This document shows positions 20,226-32,679 of a DNA stretch of 36,920 nt, one piece after another (within the stretch, counting starts at the first letter, position 1; each line of letters opens with the position of its first letter). Source of the stretch: Azolla caroliniana (Eukaryota; Plantae; Polypodiophyta). Both the position numbers and the translations under genes were made by a program. The notes beneath the pieces are model-generated. The model saw nothing but the letters and a program-made list of their open reading frames with translations, had not been told where the DNA came from and ran no database searches. Location: assembly GCA_043228905.1 (NCBI GenBank), contig JBHGNT010000304.1:1-36920 (forward strand), given 5' to 3'.

Positions 20226-21094
20226 TGCGATTGTCCTTATGATCCCGGTGCTTGTCTCCTAATGGATTGTATTGACATTGCTCCCTCCACCTTTAATATA
20301 TACACATGGCCATGCAATCAGAGCACATGCATGTCACTCACCACTCCCATTACCATAACGTGTGTGTCCTGCGTACAACTCTTGCCCAAGACCCATACCA
20401 ACTAGTCCACCCTCCCACACGTCTAGGCTAGTCCTAGGTGTCGTATTGTCACCAGACAATCTGGGCGCAACCTGTAGCGGGTACTCCTCCTCCTCGCGCG
20501 AGAGCTTGTCGAGCAACATAACATTTATACATACATAGGTAAATGTGCGCACTCGCGCGTGCGCGTAGGGGTGTGCGGGCACGTGCACATTAAACTAGAA
20601 CGCGCTAGTGCCGAGACACTAAGCACGCGGAGGCTACTGCGGGACGAGTGGTGGCTCCCGAGTGTGCTACATCGATGAACGTAGATAGACCGGTGTCCGT
20701 ACTCGCTCGTTCGGACGGACGAGGGGTTGGTAACGACGACGACAAGGAAAGCTAACCGGACTACCACACTAGGAGTGTCCTATCGGGCAAGTGTGGAAGC
20801 AAGTTCACATTCGCCGCGTGTACAAGTTGACCTTAGCCTTAGCCGTTGCCGTGGCGTGTGCGGTATGGGTGTCCTGCTTTGATGTTTTTTTTTCCGTTTG
20901 GGTGGTTTGCGGTCCCTATAGGCAAATTCTATGCGTTGGTGCTCGTGTTTACGTTCGTGTTGGAGGGACGTTGGTGCTCGTGTTTACGTTCGTGTGGGTG
21001 TAATGCGCGATTGGGGAGACGCACTTGTTCGTAAACACTTACGAGAAATTAGAGAGAGACCACGAGAATAATTTGAACAAGGTTTATGTACTAT

Positions 21095-21880
21095 TTAGAA
21101 GCGACGAATACAAGCACGAGGGCGAAGATCGCACTGTTGGAGTAGGCGGGAGGCGGCGACGCCTAGAGCTCTTTCCTCGTCATCGGCCTTGAATTGGCGA
21201 CGTTGTTGACGTTCGTCCTCTTGTCGTCGAGACATGCGGTGGCGGCGTTCGTCACCCTCTCGTCGCTCACGGCTGCTATCTCTCTCGCGCTCCTCGTCCT
21301 CTTCCTCCCGGCTACGGTGTTCCCTTGATTGTTGGCCATGGCGTCGGCCTTCATCATTGCGTCGTTCCTCCTCGTCAGCATACAAGGCATCACGTAGGCG
21401 ATCGCATCGATCTTCGGCGGGGATTCGTTCGACGTTCCTGCAGCACCGTTCCGAGGGTCTTGAGTATCGAGTGTTTTCGATCCATGGGGAGCGACGTCCT
21501 TGTTCACCTTCCTCTCTTTCGGAGCGCTCTTGTAGCTCTCGGATCTGCTTGTCGATGAAATCACCGCACTCTCGCCTCAGTTCCTCGTCACGTGGCTCAT
21601 CGCGACCACGGCTACGACGTTCCCTTTCCTCTTCGGAGTCTCTCTTGTTGTCTCTGTAGCGGCGCCCCTCCTCAAGGAACCCCTCACGACGTCGCTCGCG
21701 CCTCTCGTCATCGCACTCCCCCTCTCGGCGTCGATCGCGCCTCTCCTCGTCAATGTCTCCCTCACGACGTCGATCGCGTCGCTCCTCTTCACGGTCCCGC
21801 CCTACAGACCTAGCATTGGCCGCGGTACACGCGGCGAGCATGATCACGGCCATGAGGAATACGGAAGTAAGCTTTGCCAT
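21095..21880 (-). CDS. 2S albumin-like storage protein precursor, copy 13 (W191R variant)
   Basis: Same as copy 1 except A>G at 21310. Confidence 0.85.
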   Translation of the reverse strand: MAKLTSVFLMAVIMLAACTAANARSVGRDREEERRDRRREGDIDEERRDRRREGECDDERRERRREGFLEEGRRYRDNKRDSEEERERRSRGRDEPRDEELRRECGDFIDKQIRELQERSEREEGEQGRRSPWIENTRYSRPSERCCRNVERIPAEDRCDRLRDALYADEEERRNDEGRRHGQQSREHRSREEEDEERERDSSRERREGDERRHRMSRRQEDERQQRRQFKADDEERALGVAASRLLQQCDLRPRACIRRF

Positions 21881-22749
21881 TGCGATTGTCCTTATGATCC
21901 CGGTGCTTGTCTCCTAATGGATTGTATTGACATTGCTCCCTCCACCTTTAATATATACACATGGCCATGCAATCAGAGCACATGCATGTCACTCACCACT
22001 CCCATTACCATAACGTGTGTGTCCTGCGTACAACTCTTGCCCAAGACCCATACCAACTAGTCCACCCTCCCACACGTCTAGGCTAGTCCTAGGTGTCGTA
22101 TTGTCACCAGACAATCTGGGCGCAACCTGTAGCGGGTACTCCTCCTCCTCGCGCGAGAGCTTGTCGAGCAACATAACATTTATACATACATAGGTAAATG
22201 TGCGCACTCGCGCGTGCGCGTAGGGGTGTGCGGGCACGTGCACATTAAACTAGAACGCGCTAGTGCCGAGACACTAAGCACGCGGAGGCTACTGCGGGAC
22301 GAGTGGTGGCTCCCGAGTGTGCTACATCGATGAACGTAGATAGACCGGTGTCCGTACTCGCTCGTTCGGACGGACGAGGGGTTGGTAACGACGACGACAA
22401 GGAAAGCTAACCGGACTACCACACTAGGAGTGTCCTATCGGGCAAGTGTGGAAGCAAGTTCACATTCGCCGCGTGTACAAGTTGACCTTAGCCTTAGCCG
22501 TTGCCGTGGCGTGTGCGGTATGGGTGTCCTGCTTTGATGTTTTTTTTTCCGTTTGGGTGGTTTGCGGTCCCTATAGGCAAATTCTATGCGTTGGTGCTCG
22601 TGTTTACGTTCGTGTTGGAGGGACGTTGGTGCTCGTGTTTACGTTCGTGTGGGTGTAATGCGCGATTGGGGAGACGCACTTGTTCGTAAACACTTACGAG
22701 AAATTAGAGAGAGACCACGAGAATAATTTGAACAAGGTTTATGTACTAT

Positions 22750-23535
22750 TTAGAAGCGACGAATACAAGCACGAGGGCGAAGATCGCACTGTTGGAGTAG
22801 GCGGGAGGCGGCGACGCCTAGAGCTCTTTCCTCGTCATCGGCCTTGAATTGGCGACGTTGTTGACGTTCGTCCTCTTGTCGTCGAGACATGCGGTGGCGG
22901 CGTTCGTCACCCTCTCGTCGCTCACGGCTGCTATCTCTCTCGCGCTCCTCGTCCTCTTCCTCCCGGCTACGGTGTTCCCTTGATTGTTGGCCATGGCGTC
23001 GGCCTTCATCATTGCGTCGTTCCTCCTCGTCAGCATACAAGGCATCACGTAGGCGATCGCATCGATCTTCGGCGGGGATTCGTTCGACGTTCCTGCAGCA
23101 CCGTTCCGAGGGTCTTGAGTATCGAGTGTTTTCGATCCATGGGGAGCGACGTCCTTGTTCACCTTCCTCTCTTTCGGAGCGCTCTTGTAGCTCTCGGATC
23201 TGCTTGTCGATGAAATCACCGCACTCTCGCCTCAGTTCCTCGTCACGTGGCTCATCGCGACCACGGCTACGACGTTCCCTTTCCTCTTCGGAGTCTCTCT
23301 TGTTGTCTCTGTAGCGGCGCCCCTCCTCAAGGAACCCCTCACGACGTCGCTCGCGCCTCTCGTCATCGCACTCCCCCTCTCGGCGTCGATCGCGCCTCTC
23401 CTCGTCAATGTCTCCCTCACGACGTCGATCGCGTCGCTCCTCTTCACGGTCCCGCCCTACAGACCTAGCATTGGCCGCGGTACACGCGGCGAGCATGATC
23501 ACGGCCATGAGGAATACGGAAGTAAGCTTTGCCAT
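22750..23535 (-). CDS. 2S albumin-like storage protein precursor, copy 14 (W191R variant)
   Basis: Same as copy 1 except A>G at 22965. Confidence 0.85.
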   Translation of the reverse strand: MAKLTSVFLMAVIMLAACTAANARSVGRDREEERRDRRREGDIDEERRDRRREGECDDERRERRREGFLEEGRRYRDNKRDSEEERERRSRGRDEPRDEELRRECGDFIDKQIRELQERSEREEGEQGRRSPWIENTRYSRPSERCCRNVERIPAEDRCDRLRDALYADEEERRNDEGRRHGQQSREHRSREEEDEERERDSSRERREGDERRHRMSRRQEDERQQRRQFKADDEERALGVAASRLLQQCDLRPRACIRRF

Positions 23536-24404
23536 TGCGATTGTCCTTATGATCCCGGTGCTTGTCTCCTAATGGATTGTATTGACATTGCTCCCTCCAC
23601 CTTTAATATATACACATGGCCATGCAATCAGAGCACATGCATGTCACTCACCACTCCCATTACCATAACGTGTGTGTCCTGCGTACAACTCTTGCCCAAG
23701 ACCCATACCAACTAGTCCACCCTCCCACACGTCTAGGCTAGTCCTAGGTGTCGTATTGTCACCAGACAATCTGGGCGCAACCTGTAGCGGGTACTCCTCC
23801 TCCTCGCGCGAGAGCTTGTCGAGCAACATAACATTTATACATACATAGGTAAATGTGCGCACTCGCGCGTGCGCGTAGGGGTGTGCGGGCACGTGCACAT
23901 TAAACTAGAACGCGCTAGTGCCGAGACACTAAGCACGCGGAGGCTACTGCGGGACGAGTGGTGGCTCCCGAGTGTGCTACATCGATGAACGTAGATAGAC
24001 CGGTGTCCGTACTCGCTCGTTCGGACGGACGAGGGGTTGGTAACGACGACGACAAGGAAAGCTAACCGGACTACCACACTAGGAGTGTCCTATCGGGCAA
24101 GTGTGGAAGCAAGTTCACATTCGCCGCGTGTACAAGTTGACCTTAGCCTTAGCCGTTGCCGTGGCGTGTGCGGTATGGGTGTCCTGCTTTGATGTTTTTT
24201 TTTCCGTTTGGGTGGTTTGCGGTCCCTATAGGCAAATTCTATGCGTTGGTGCTCGTGTTTACGTTCGTGTTGGAGGGACGTTGGTGCTCGTGTTTACGTT
24301 CGTGTGGGTGTAATGCGCGATTGGGGAGACGCACTTGTTCGTAAACACTTACGAGAAATTAGAGAGAGACCACGAGAATAATTTGAACAAGGTTTATGTA
24401 CTAT

Positions 24405-25190
24405 TTAGAAGCGACGAATACAAGCACGAGGGCGAAGATCGCACTGTTGGAGTAGGCGGGAGGCGGCGACGCCTAGAGCTCTTTCCTCGTCATCGGCCTT
24501 GAATTGGCGACGTTGTTGACGTTCGTCCTCTTGTCGTCGAGACATGCGGTGGCGGCGTTCGTCACCCTCTCGTCGCTCACGGCTGCTATCTCTCTCGCGC
24601 TCCTCGTCCTCTTCCTCCCAGCTATGGTGTTCCCTTGATTGTTGGCCATGGCGTCGGCCTTCATCATTGCGTCGTTCCTCCTCGTCAGCATACAAGGCAT
24701 CACGTAGGCGATCGCATCGATCTTCGGCGGGGATTCGTTCGACGTTCCTGCAGCACCGTTCCGAGGGTCTTGAGTATCGAGTGTTTTCGATCCATGGGGA
24801 GCGACGTCCTTGTTCACCTTCCTCTCTTTCGGAGCGCTCTTGTAGCTCTCGGATCTGCTTGTCGATGAAATCACCGCACTCTCGCCTCAGTTCCTCGTCA
24901 CGTGGCTCATCGCGACCACGGCTACGACGTTCCCTTTCCTCTTCGGAGTCTCTCTTGTTGTCTCTGTAGCGGCGCCCCTCCTCAAGGAACCCCTCACGAC
25001 GTCGCTCGCGCCTCTCGTCATCGCACTCCCCCTCTCGGCGTCGATCGCGCCTCTCCTCGTCAATGTCTCCCTCACGACGTCGATCGCGTCGCTCCTCTTC
25101 ACGGTCCCGCCCTACAGACCTAGCATTGGCCGCGGTACACGCGGCGAGCATGATCACGGCCATGAGGAATACGGAAGTAAGCTTTGCCAT
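24405..25190 (-). CDS. 2S albumin-like storage protein precursor, copy 15 (R189H variant)
   Basis: Same as copy 1 except C>T at 24625 (CGT>CAT). Confidence 0.85.
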   Translation of the reverse strand: MAKLTSVFLMAVIMLAACTAANARSVGRDREEERRDRRREGDIDEERRDRRREGECDDERRERRREGFLEEGRRYRDNKRDSEEERERRSRGRDEPRDEELRRECGDFIDKQIRELQERSEREEGEQGRRSPWIENTRYSRPSERCCRNVERIPAEDRCDRLRDALYADEEERRNDEGRRHGQQSREHHSWEEEDEERERDSSRERREGDERRHRMSRRQEDERQQRRQFKADDEERALGVAASRLLQQCDLRPRACIRRF

Positions 25191-26059
25191 TGCGATTGTC
25201 CTTATGATCCCGGTGCTTGTCTCCTAATGGATTGTATTGACATTGCTCCCTCCACCTTTAATATATACACATGGCCATGCAATCAGAGCACATGCATGTC
25301 ACTCACCACTCCCATTACCATAACGTGTGTGTCCTGCGTACAACTCTTGCCCAAGACCCATACCAACTAGTCCACCCTCCCACACGTCTAGGCTAGTCCT
25401 AGGTGTCGTATTGTCACCAGACAATCTGGGCGCAACCTGTAGCGGGTACTCCTCCTCCTCGCGCGAGAGCTTGTCGAGCAACATAACATTTATACATACA
25501 TAGGTAAATGTGCGCACTCGCGCGTGCGCGTAGGGGTGTGCGGGCACGTGCACATTAAACTAGAACGCGCTAGTGCCGAGACACTAAGCACGCGGAGGCT
25601 ACTGCGGGACGAGTGGTGGCTCCCGAGTGTGCTACATCGATGAACGTAGATAGACCGGTGTCCGTACTCGCTCGTTCGGACGGACGAGGGGTTGGTAACG
25701 ACGACGACAAGGAAAGCTAACCGGACTACCACACTAGGAGTGTCCTATCGGGCAAGTGTGGAAGCAAGTTCACATTCGCCGCGTGTACAAGTTGACCTTA
25801 GCCTTAGCCGTTGCCGTGGCGTGTGCGGTATGGGTGTCCTGCTTTGATGTTTTTTTTTCCGTTTGGGTGGTTTGCGGTCCCTATAGGCAAATTCTATGCG
25901 TTGGTGCTCGTGTTTACGTTCGTGTTGGAGGGACGTTGGTGCTCGTGTTTACGTTCGTGTGGGTGTAATGCGCGATTGGGGAGACGCACTTGTTCGTAAA
26001 CACTTACGAGAAATTAGAGAGAGACCACGAGAATAATTTGAACAAGGTTTATGTACTAT

Positions 26060-26845
26060 TTAGAAGCGACGAATACAAGCACGAGGGCGAAGATCGCACT
26101 GTTGGAGTAGGCGGGAGGCGGCGACGCCTAGAGCTCTTTCCTCGTCATCGGCCTTGAATTGGCGACGTTGTTGACGTTCGTCCTCTTGTCGTCGAGACAT
26201 GCGGTGGCGGCGTTCGTCACCCTCTCGTCGCTCACGGCTGCTATCTCTCTCGCGCTCCTCGTCCTCTTCCTCCCAGCTATGGTGTTCCCTTGATTGTTGG
26301 CCATGGCGTCGGCCTTCATCATTGCGTCGTTCCTCCTCGTCAGCATACAAGGCATCACGTAGGCGATCGCATCGATCTTCGGCGGGGATTCGTTCGACGT
26401 TCCTGCAGCACCGTTCCGAGGGTCTTGAGTATCGAGTGTTTTCGATCCATGGGGAGCGACGTCCTTGTTCACCTTCCTCTCTTTCGGAGCGCTCTTGTAG
26501 CTCTCGGATCTGCTTGTCGATGAAATCACCGCACTCTCGCCTCAGTTCCTCGTCACGTGGCTCATCGCGACCACGGCTACGACGTTCCCTTTCCTCTTCG
26601 GAGTCTCTCTTGTTGTCTCTGTAGCGGCGCCCCTCCTCAAGGAACCCCTCACGACGTCGCTCGCGCCTCTCGTCATCGCACTCCCCCTCTCGGCGTCGAT
26701 CGCGCCTCTCCTCGTCAATGTCTCCCTCACGACGTCGATCGCGTCGCTCCTCTTCACGGTCCCGCCCTACAGACCTAGCATTGGCCGCGGTACACGCGGC
26801 GAGCATGATCACGGCCATGAGGAATACGGAAGTAAGCTTTGCCAT
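26060..26845 (-). CDS. 2S albumin-like storage protein precursor, copy 16 (R189H variant)
   Basis: Same as copy 1 except C>T at 26280. Confidence 0.85.
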   Translation of the reverse strand: MAKLTSVFLMAVIMLAACTAANARSVGRDREEERRDRRREGDIDEERRDRRREGECDDERRERRREGFLEEGRRYRDNKRDSEEERERRSRGRDEPRDEELRRECGDFIDKQIRELQERSEREEGEQGRRSPWIENTRYSRPSERCCRNVERIPAEDRCDRLRDALYADEEERRNDEGRRHGQQSREHHSWEEEDEERERDSSRERREGDERRHRMSRRQEDERQQRRQFKADDEERALGVAASRLLQQCDLRPRACIRRF

Positions 26846-27714
26846 TGCGATTGTCCTTATGATCCCGGTGCTTGTCTCCTAATGGATTGTATTGACATTG
26901 CTCCCTCCACCTTTAATATATACACATGGCCATGCAATCAGAGCACATGCATGTCACTCACCACTCCCATTACCATAACGTGTGTGTCCTGCGTACAACT
27001 CTTGCCCAAGACCCATACCAACTAGTCCACCCTCCCACACGTCTAGGCTAGTCCTAGGTGTCGTATTGTCACCAGACAATCTGGGCGCAACCTGTAGCGG
27101 GTACTCCTCCTCCTCGCGCGAGAGCTTGTCGAGCAACATAACATTTATACATACATAGGTAAATGTGCGCACTCGCGCGTGCGCGTAGGGGTGTGCGGGC
27201 ACGTGCACATTAAACTAGAACGCGCTAGTGCCGAGACACTAAGCACGCGGAGGCTACTGCGGGACGAGTGGTGGCTCCCGAGTGTGCTACATCGATGAAC
27301 GTAGATAGACCGGTGTCCGTACTCGCTCGTTCGGACGGACGAGGGGTTGGTAACGACGACGACAAGGAAAGCTAACCGGACTACCACACTAGGAGTGTCC
27401 TATCGGGCAAGTGTGGAAGCAAGTTCACATTCGCCGCGTGTACAAGTTGACCTTAGCCTTAGCCGTTGCCGTGGCGTGTGCGGTATGGGTGTCCTGCTTT
27501 GATGTTTTTTTTTCCGTTTGGGTGGTTTGCGGTCCCTATAGGCAAATTCTATGCGTTGGTGCTCGTGTTTACGTTCGTGTTGGAGGGACGTTGGTGCTCG
27601 TGTTTACGTTCGTGTGGGTGTAATGCGCGATTGGGGAGACGCACTTGTTCGTAAACACTTACGAGAAATTAGAGAGAGACCACGAGAATAATTTGAACAA
27701 GGTTTATGTACTAT

Positions 27715-28500
27715 TTAGAAGCGACGAATACAAGCACGAGGGCGAAGATCGCACTGTTGGAGTAGGCGGGAGGCGGCGACGCCTAGAGCTCTTTCCTCGT
27801 CATCGGCCTTGAATTGGCGACGTTGTTGACGTTCGTCCTCTTGTCGTCGAGACATGCGGTGGCGGCGTTCGTCACCCTCTCGTCGCTCACGGCTGCTATC
27901 TCTCTCGCGCTCCTCGTCCTCTTCCTCCCGGCTACGGTGTTCCCTTGATTGTTGGCCATGGCGTCGGCCTTCATCATTGCGTCGTTCCTCCTCGTCAGCA
28001 TACAAGGCATCACGTAGGCGATCGCATCGATCTTCGGCGGGGATTCGTTCGACGTTCCTGCAGCACCGTTCCGAGGGTCTTGAGTATCGAGTGTTTTCGA
28101 TCCATGGGGAGCGACGTCCTTGTTCACCTTCCTCTCTTTCGGAGCGCTCTTGTAGCTCTCGGATCTGCTTGTCGATGAAATCACCGCACTCTCGCCTCAG
28201 TTCCTCGTCACGTGGCTCATCGCGACCACGGCTACGACGTTCCCTTTCCTCTTCGGAGTCTCTCTTGTTGTCTCTGTAGCGGCGCCCCTCCTCAAGGAAC
28301 CCCTCACGACGTCGCTCGCGCCTCTCGTCATCGCACTCCCCCTCTCGGCGTCGATCGCGCCTCTCCTCGTCAATGTCTCCCTCACGACGTCGATCGCGTC
28401 GCTCCTCTTCACGGTCCCGCCCTACAGACCTAGCATTGGCCGCGGTACACGCGGCGAGCATGATCACGGCCATGAGGAATACGGAAGTAAGCTTTGCCAT
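27715..28500 (-). CDS. 2S albumin-like storage protein precursor, copy 17 (W191R variant)
   Basis: Same as copy 1 except A>G at 27930. Confidence 0.85.
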   Translation of the reverse strand: MAKLTSVFLMAVIMLAACTAANARSVGRDREEERRDRRREGDIDEERRDRRREGECDDERRERRREGFLEEGRRYRDNKRDSEEERERRSRGRDEPRDEELRRECGDFIDKQIRELQERSEREEGEQGRRSPWIENTRYSRPSERCCRNVERIPAEDRCDRLRDALYADEEERRNDEGRRHGQQSREHRSREEEDEERERDSSRERREGDERRHRMSRRQEDERQQRRQFKADDEERALGVAASRLLQQCDLRPRACIRRF

Positions 28501-29369
28501 TGCGATTGTCCTTATGATCCCGGTGCTTGTCTCCTAATGGATTGTATTGACATTGCTCCCTCCACCTTTAATATATACACATGGCCATGCAATCAGAGCA
28601 CATGCATGTCACTCACCACTCCCATTACCATAACGTGTGTGTCCTGCGTACAACTCTTGCCCAAGACCCATACCAACTAGTCCACCCTCCCACACGTCTA
28701 GGCTAGTCCTAGGTGTCGTATTGTCACCAGACAATCTGGGCGCAACCTGTAGCGGGTACTCCTCCTCCTCGCGCGAGAGCTTGTCGAGCAACATAACATT
28801 TATACATACATAGGTAAATGTGCGCACTCGCGCGTGCGCGTAGGGGTGTGCGGGCACGTGCACATTAAACTAGAACGCGCTAGTGCCGAGACACTAAGCA
28901 CGCGGAGGCTACTGCGGGACGAGTGGTGGCTCCCGAGTGTGCTACATCGATGAACGTAGATAGACCGGTGTCCGTACTCGCTCGTTCGGACGGACGAGGG
29001 GTTGGTAACGACGACGACAAGGAAAGCTAACCGGACTACCACACTAGGAGTGTCCTATCGGGCAAGTGTGGAAGCAAGTTCACATTCGCCGCGTGTACAA
29101 GTTGACCTTAGCCTTAGCCGTTGCCGTGGCGTGTGCGGTATGGGTGTCCTGCTTTGATGTTTTTTTTTCCGTTTGGGTGGTTTGCGGTCCCTATAGGCAA
29201 ATTCTATGCGTTGGTGCTCGTGTTTACGTTCGTGTTGGAGGGACGTTGGTGCTCGTGTTTACGTTCGTGTGGGTGTAATGCGCGATTGGGGAGACGCACT
29301 TGTTCGTAAACACTTACGAGAAATTAGAGAGAGACCACGAGAATAATTTGAACAAGGTTTATGTACTAT

Positions 29370-30155
29370 TTAGAAGCGACGAATACAAGCACGAGGGCGA
29401 AGATCGCACTGTTGGAGTAGGCGGGAGGCGGCGACGCCTAGAGCTCTTTCCTCGTCATCGGCCTTGAATTGGCGACGTTGTTGACGTTCGTCCTCTTGTC
29501 GTCGAGACATGCGGTGGCGGCGTTCGTCACCCTCTCGTCGCTCACGGCTGCTATCTCTCTCGCGCTCCTCGTCCTCTTCCTCCCAGCTACGGTGTTCCCT
29601 TGATTGTTGGCCATGGCGTCGGCCTTCATCATTGCGTCGTTCCTCCTCGTCAGCATACAAGGCATCACGTAGGCGATCGCATCGATCTTCGGCGGGGATT
29701 CGTTCGACGTTCCTGCAGCACCGTTCCGAGGGTCTTGAGTATCGAGTGTTTTCGATCCATGGGGAGCGACGTCCTTGTTCACCTTCCTCTCTTTCGGAGC
29801 GCTCTTGTAGCTCTCGGATCTGCTTGTCGATGAAATCACCGCACTCTCGCCTCAGTTCCTCGTCACGTGGCTCATCGCGACCACGGCTACGACGTTCCCT
29901 TTCCTCTTCGGAGTCTCTCTTGTTGTCTCTGTAGCGGCGCCCCTCCTCAAGGAACCCCTCACGACGTCGCTCGCGCCTCTCGTCATCGCACTCCCCCTCT
30001 CGGCGTCGATCGCGCCTCTCCTCGTCAATGTCTCCCTCACGACGTCGATCGCGTCGCTCCTCTTCACGGTCCCGCCCTACAGACCTAGCATTGGCCGCGG
30101 TACACGCGGCGAGCATGATCACGGCCATGAGGAATACGGAAGTAAGCTTTGCCAT
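29370..30155 (-). CDS. 2S albumin-like storage protein precursor, copy 18
   Basis: Translation identical to copy 1. Confidence 0.85.
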   Translation of the reverse strand: MAKLTSVFLMAVIMLAACTAANARSVGRDREEERRDRRREGDIDEERRDRRREGECDDERRERRREGFLEEGRRYRDNKRDSEEERERRSRGRDEPRDEELRRECGDFIDKQIRELQERSEREEGEQGRRSPWIENTRYSRPSERCCRNVERIPAEDRCDRLRDALYADEEERRNDEGRRHGQQSREHRSWEEEDEERERDSSRERREGDERRHRMSRRQEDERQQRRQFKADDEERALGVAASRLLQQCDLRPRACIRRF

Positions 30156-31024
30156 TGCGATTGTCCTTATGATCCCGGTGCTTGTCTCCTAATGGATTGT
30201 ATTGACATTGCTCCCTCCACCTTTAATATATACACATGGCCATGCAATCAGAGCACATGCATGTCACTCACCACTCCCATTACCATAACGTGTGTGTCCT
30301 GCGTACAACTCTTGCCCAAGACCCATACCAACTAGTCCACCCTCCCACACGTCTAGGCTAGTCCTAGGTGTCGTATTGTCACCAGACAATCTGGGCGCAA
30401 CCTGTAGCGGGTACTCCTCCTCCTCGCGCGAGAGCTTGTCGAGCAACATAACATTTATACATACATAGGTAAATGTGCGCACTCGCGCGTGCGCGTAGGG
30501 GTGTGCGGGCACGTGCACATTAAACTAGAACGCGCTAGTGCCGAGACACTAAGCACGCGGAGGCTACTGCGGGACGAGTGGTGGCTCCCGAGTGTGCTAC
30601 ATCGATGAACGTAGATAGACCGGTGTCCGTACTCGCTCGTTCGGACGGACGAGGGGTTGGTAACGACGACGACAAGGAAAGCTAACCGGACTACCACACT
30701 AGGAGTGTCCTATCGGGCAAGTGTGGAAGCAAGTTCACATTCGCCGCGTGTACAAGTTGACCTTAGCCTTAGCCGTTGCCGTGGCGTGTGCGGTATGGGT
30801 GTCCTGCTTTGATGTTTTTTTTTCCGTTTGGGTGGTTTGCGGTCCCTATAGGCAAATTCTATGCGTTGGTGCTCGTGTTTACGTTCGTGTTGGAGGGACG
30901 TTGGTGCTCGTGTTTACGTTCGTGTGGGTGTAATGCGCGATTGGGGAGACGCACTTGTTCGTAAACACTTACGAGAAATTAGAGAGAGACCACGAGAATA
31001 ATTTGAACAAGGTTTATGTACTAT

Positions 31025-31810
31025 TTAGAAGCGACGAATACAAGCACGAGGGCGAAGATCGCACTGTTGGAGTAGGCGGGAGGCGGCGACGCCTAGAGCT
31101 CTTTCCTCGTCATCGGCCTTGAATTGGCGACGTTGTTGACGTTCGTCCTCTTGTCGTCGAGACATGCGGTGGCGGCGTTCGTCACCCTCTCGTCGCTCAC
31201 GGCTGCTATCTCTCTCGCGCTCCTCGTCCTCTTCCTCCCAGCTACGGTGTTCCCTTGATTGTTGGCCATGGCGTCGGCCTTCATCATTGCGTCGTTCCTC
31301 CTCGTCAGCATACAAGGCATCACGTAGGCGATCGCATCGATCTTCGGCGGGGATTCGTTCGACGTTCCTGCAGCACCGTTCCGAGGGTCTTGAGTATCGA
31401 GTGTTTTCGATCCATGGGGAGCGACGTCCTTGTTCACCTTCCTCTCTTTCGGAGCGCTCTTGTAGCTCTCGGATCTGCTTGTCGATGAAATCACCGCACT
31501 CTCGCCTCAGTTCCTCGTCACGTGGCTCATCGCGACCACGGCTACGACGTTCCCTTTCCTCTTCGGAGTCTCTCTTGTTGTCTCTGTAGCGGCGCCCCTC
31601 CTCAAGGAACCCCTCACGACGTCGCTCGCGCCTCTCGTCATCGCACTCCCCCTCTCGGCGTCGATCGCGCCTCTCCTCGTCAATGTCTCCCTCACGACGT
31701 CGATCGCGTCGCTCCTCTTCACGGTCCCGCCCTACAGACCTAGCATTGGCCGCGGTACACGCGGCGAGCATGATCACGGCCATGAGGAATACGGAAGTAA
31801 GCTTTGCCAT
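31025..31810 (-). CDS. 2S albumin-like storage protein precursor, copy 19
   Basis: Translation identical to copy 1. Confidence 0.85.
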   Translation of the reverse strand: MAKLTSVFLMAVIMLAACTAANARSVGRDREEERRDRRREGDIDEERRDRRREGECDDERRERRREGFLEEGRRYRDNKRDSEEERERRSRGRDEPRDEELRRECGDFIDKQIRELQERSEREEGEQGRRSPWIENTRYSRPSERCCRNVERIPAEDRCDRLRDALYADEEERRNDEGRRHGQQSREHRSWEEEDEERERDSSRERREGDERRHRMSRRQEDERQQRRQFKADDEERALGVAASRLLQQCDLRPRACIRRF

Positions 31811-32679
31811 TGCGATTGTCCTTATGATCCCGGTGCTTGTCTCCTAATGGATTGTATTGACATTGCTCCCTCCACCTTTAATATATACACATGGCCATGC
31901 AATCAGAGCACATGCATGTCACTCACCACTCCCATTACCATAACGTGTGTGTCCTGCGTACAACTCTTGCCCAAGACCCATACCAACTAGTCCACCCTCC
32001 CACACGTCTAGGCTAGTCCTAGGTGTCGTATTGTCACCAGACAATCTGGGCGCAACCTGTAGCGGGTACTCCTCCTCCTCGCGCGAGAGCTTGTCGAGCA
32101 ACATAACATTTATACATACATAGGTAAATGTGCGCACTCGCGCGTGCGCGTAGGGGTGTGCGGGCACGTGCACATTAAACTAGAACGCGCTAGTGCCGAG
32201 ACACTAAGCACGCGGAGGCTACTGCGGGACGAGTGGTGGCTCCCGAGTGTGCTACATCGATGAACGTAGATAGACCGGTGTCCGTACTCGCTCGTTCGGA
32301 CGGACGAGGGGTTGGTAACGACGACGACAAGGAAAGCTAACCGGACTACCACACTAGGAGTGTCCTATCGGGCAAGTGTGGAAGCAAGTTCACATTCGCC
32401 GCGTGTACAAGTTGACCTTAGCCTTAGCCGTTGCCGTGGCGTGTGCGGTATGGGTGTCCTGCTTTGATGTTTTTTTTTCCGTTTGGGTGGTTTGCGGTCC
32501 CTATAGGCAAATTCTATGCGTTGGTGCTCGTGTTTACGTTCGTGTTGGAGGGACGTTGGTGCTCGTGTTTACGTTCGTGTGGGTGTAATGCGCGATTGGG
32601 GAGACGCACTTGTTCGTAAACACTTACGAGAAATTAGAGAGAGACCACGAGAATAATTTGAACAAGGTTTATGTACTAT

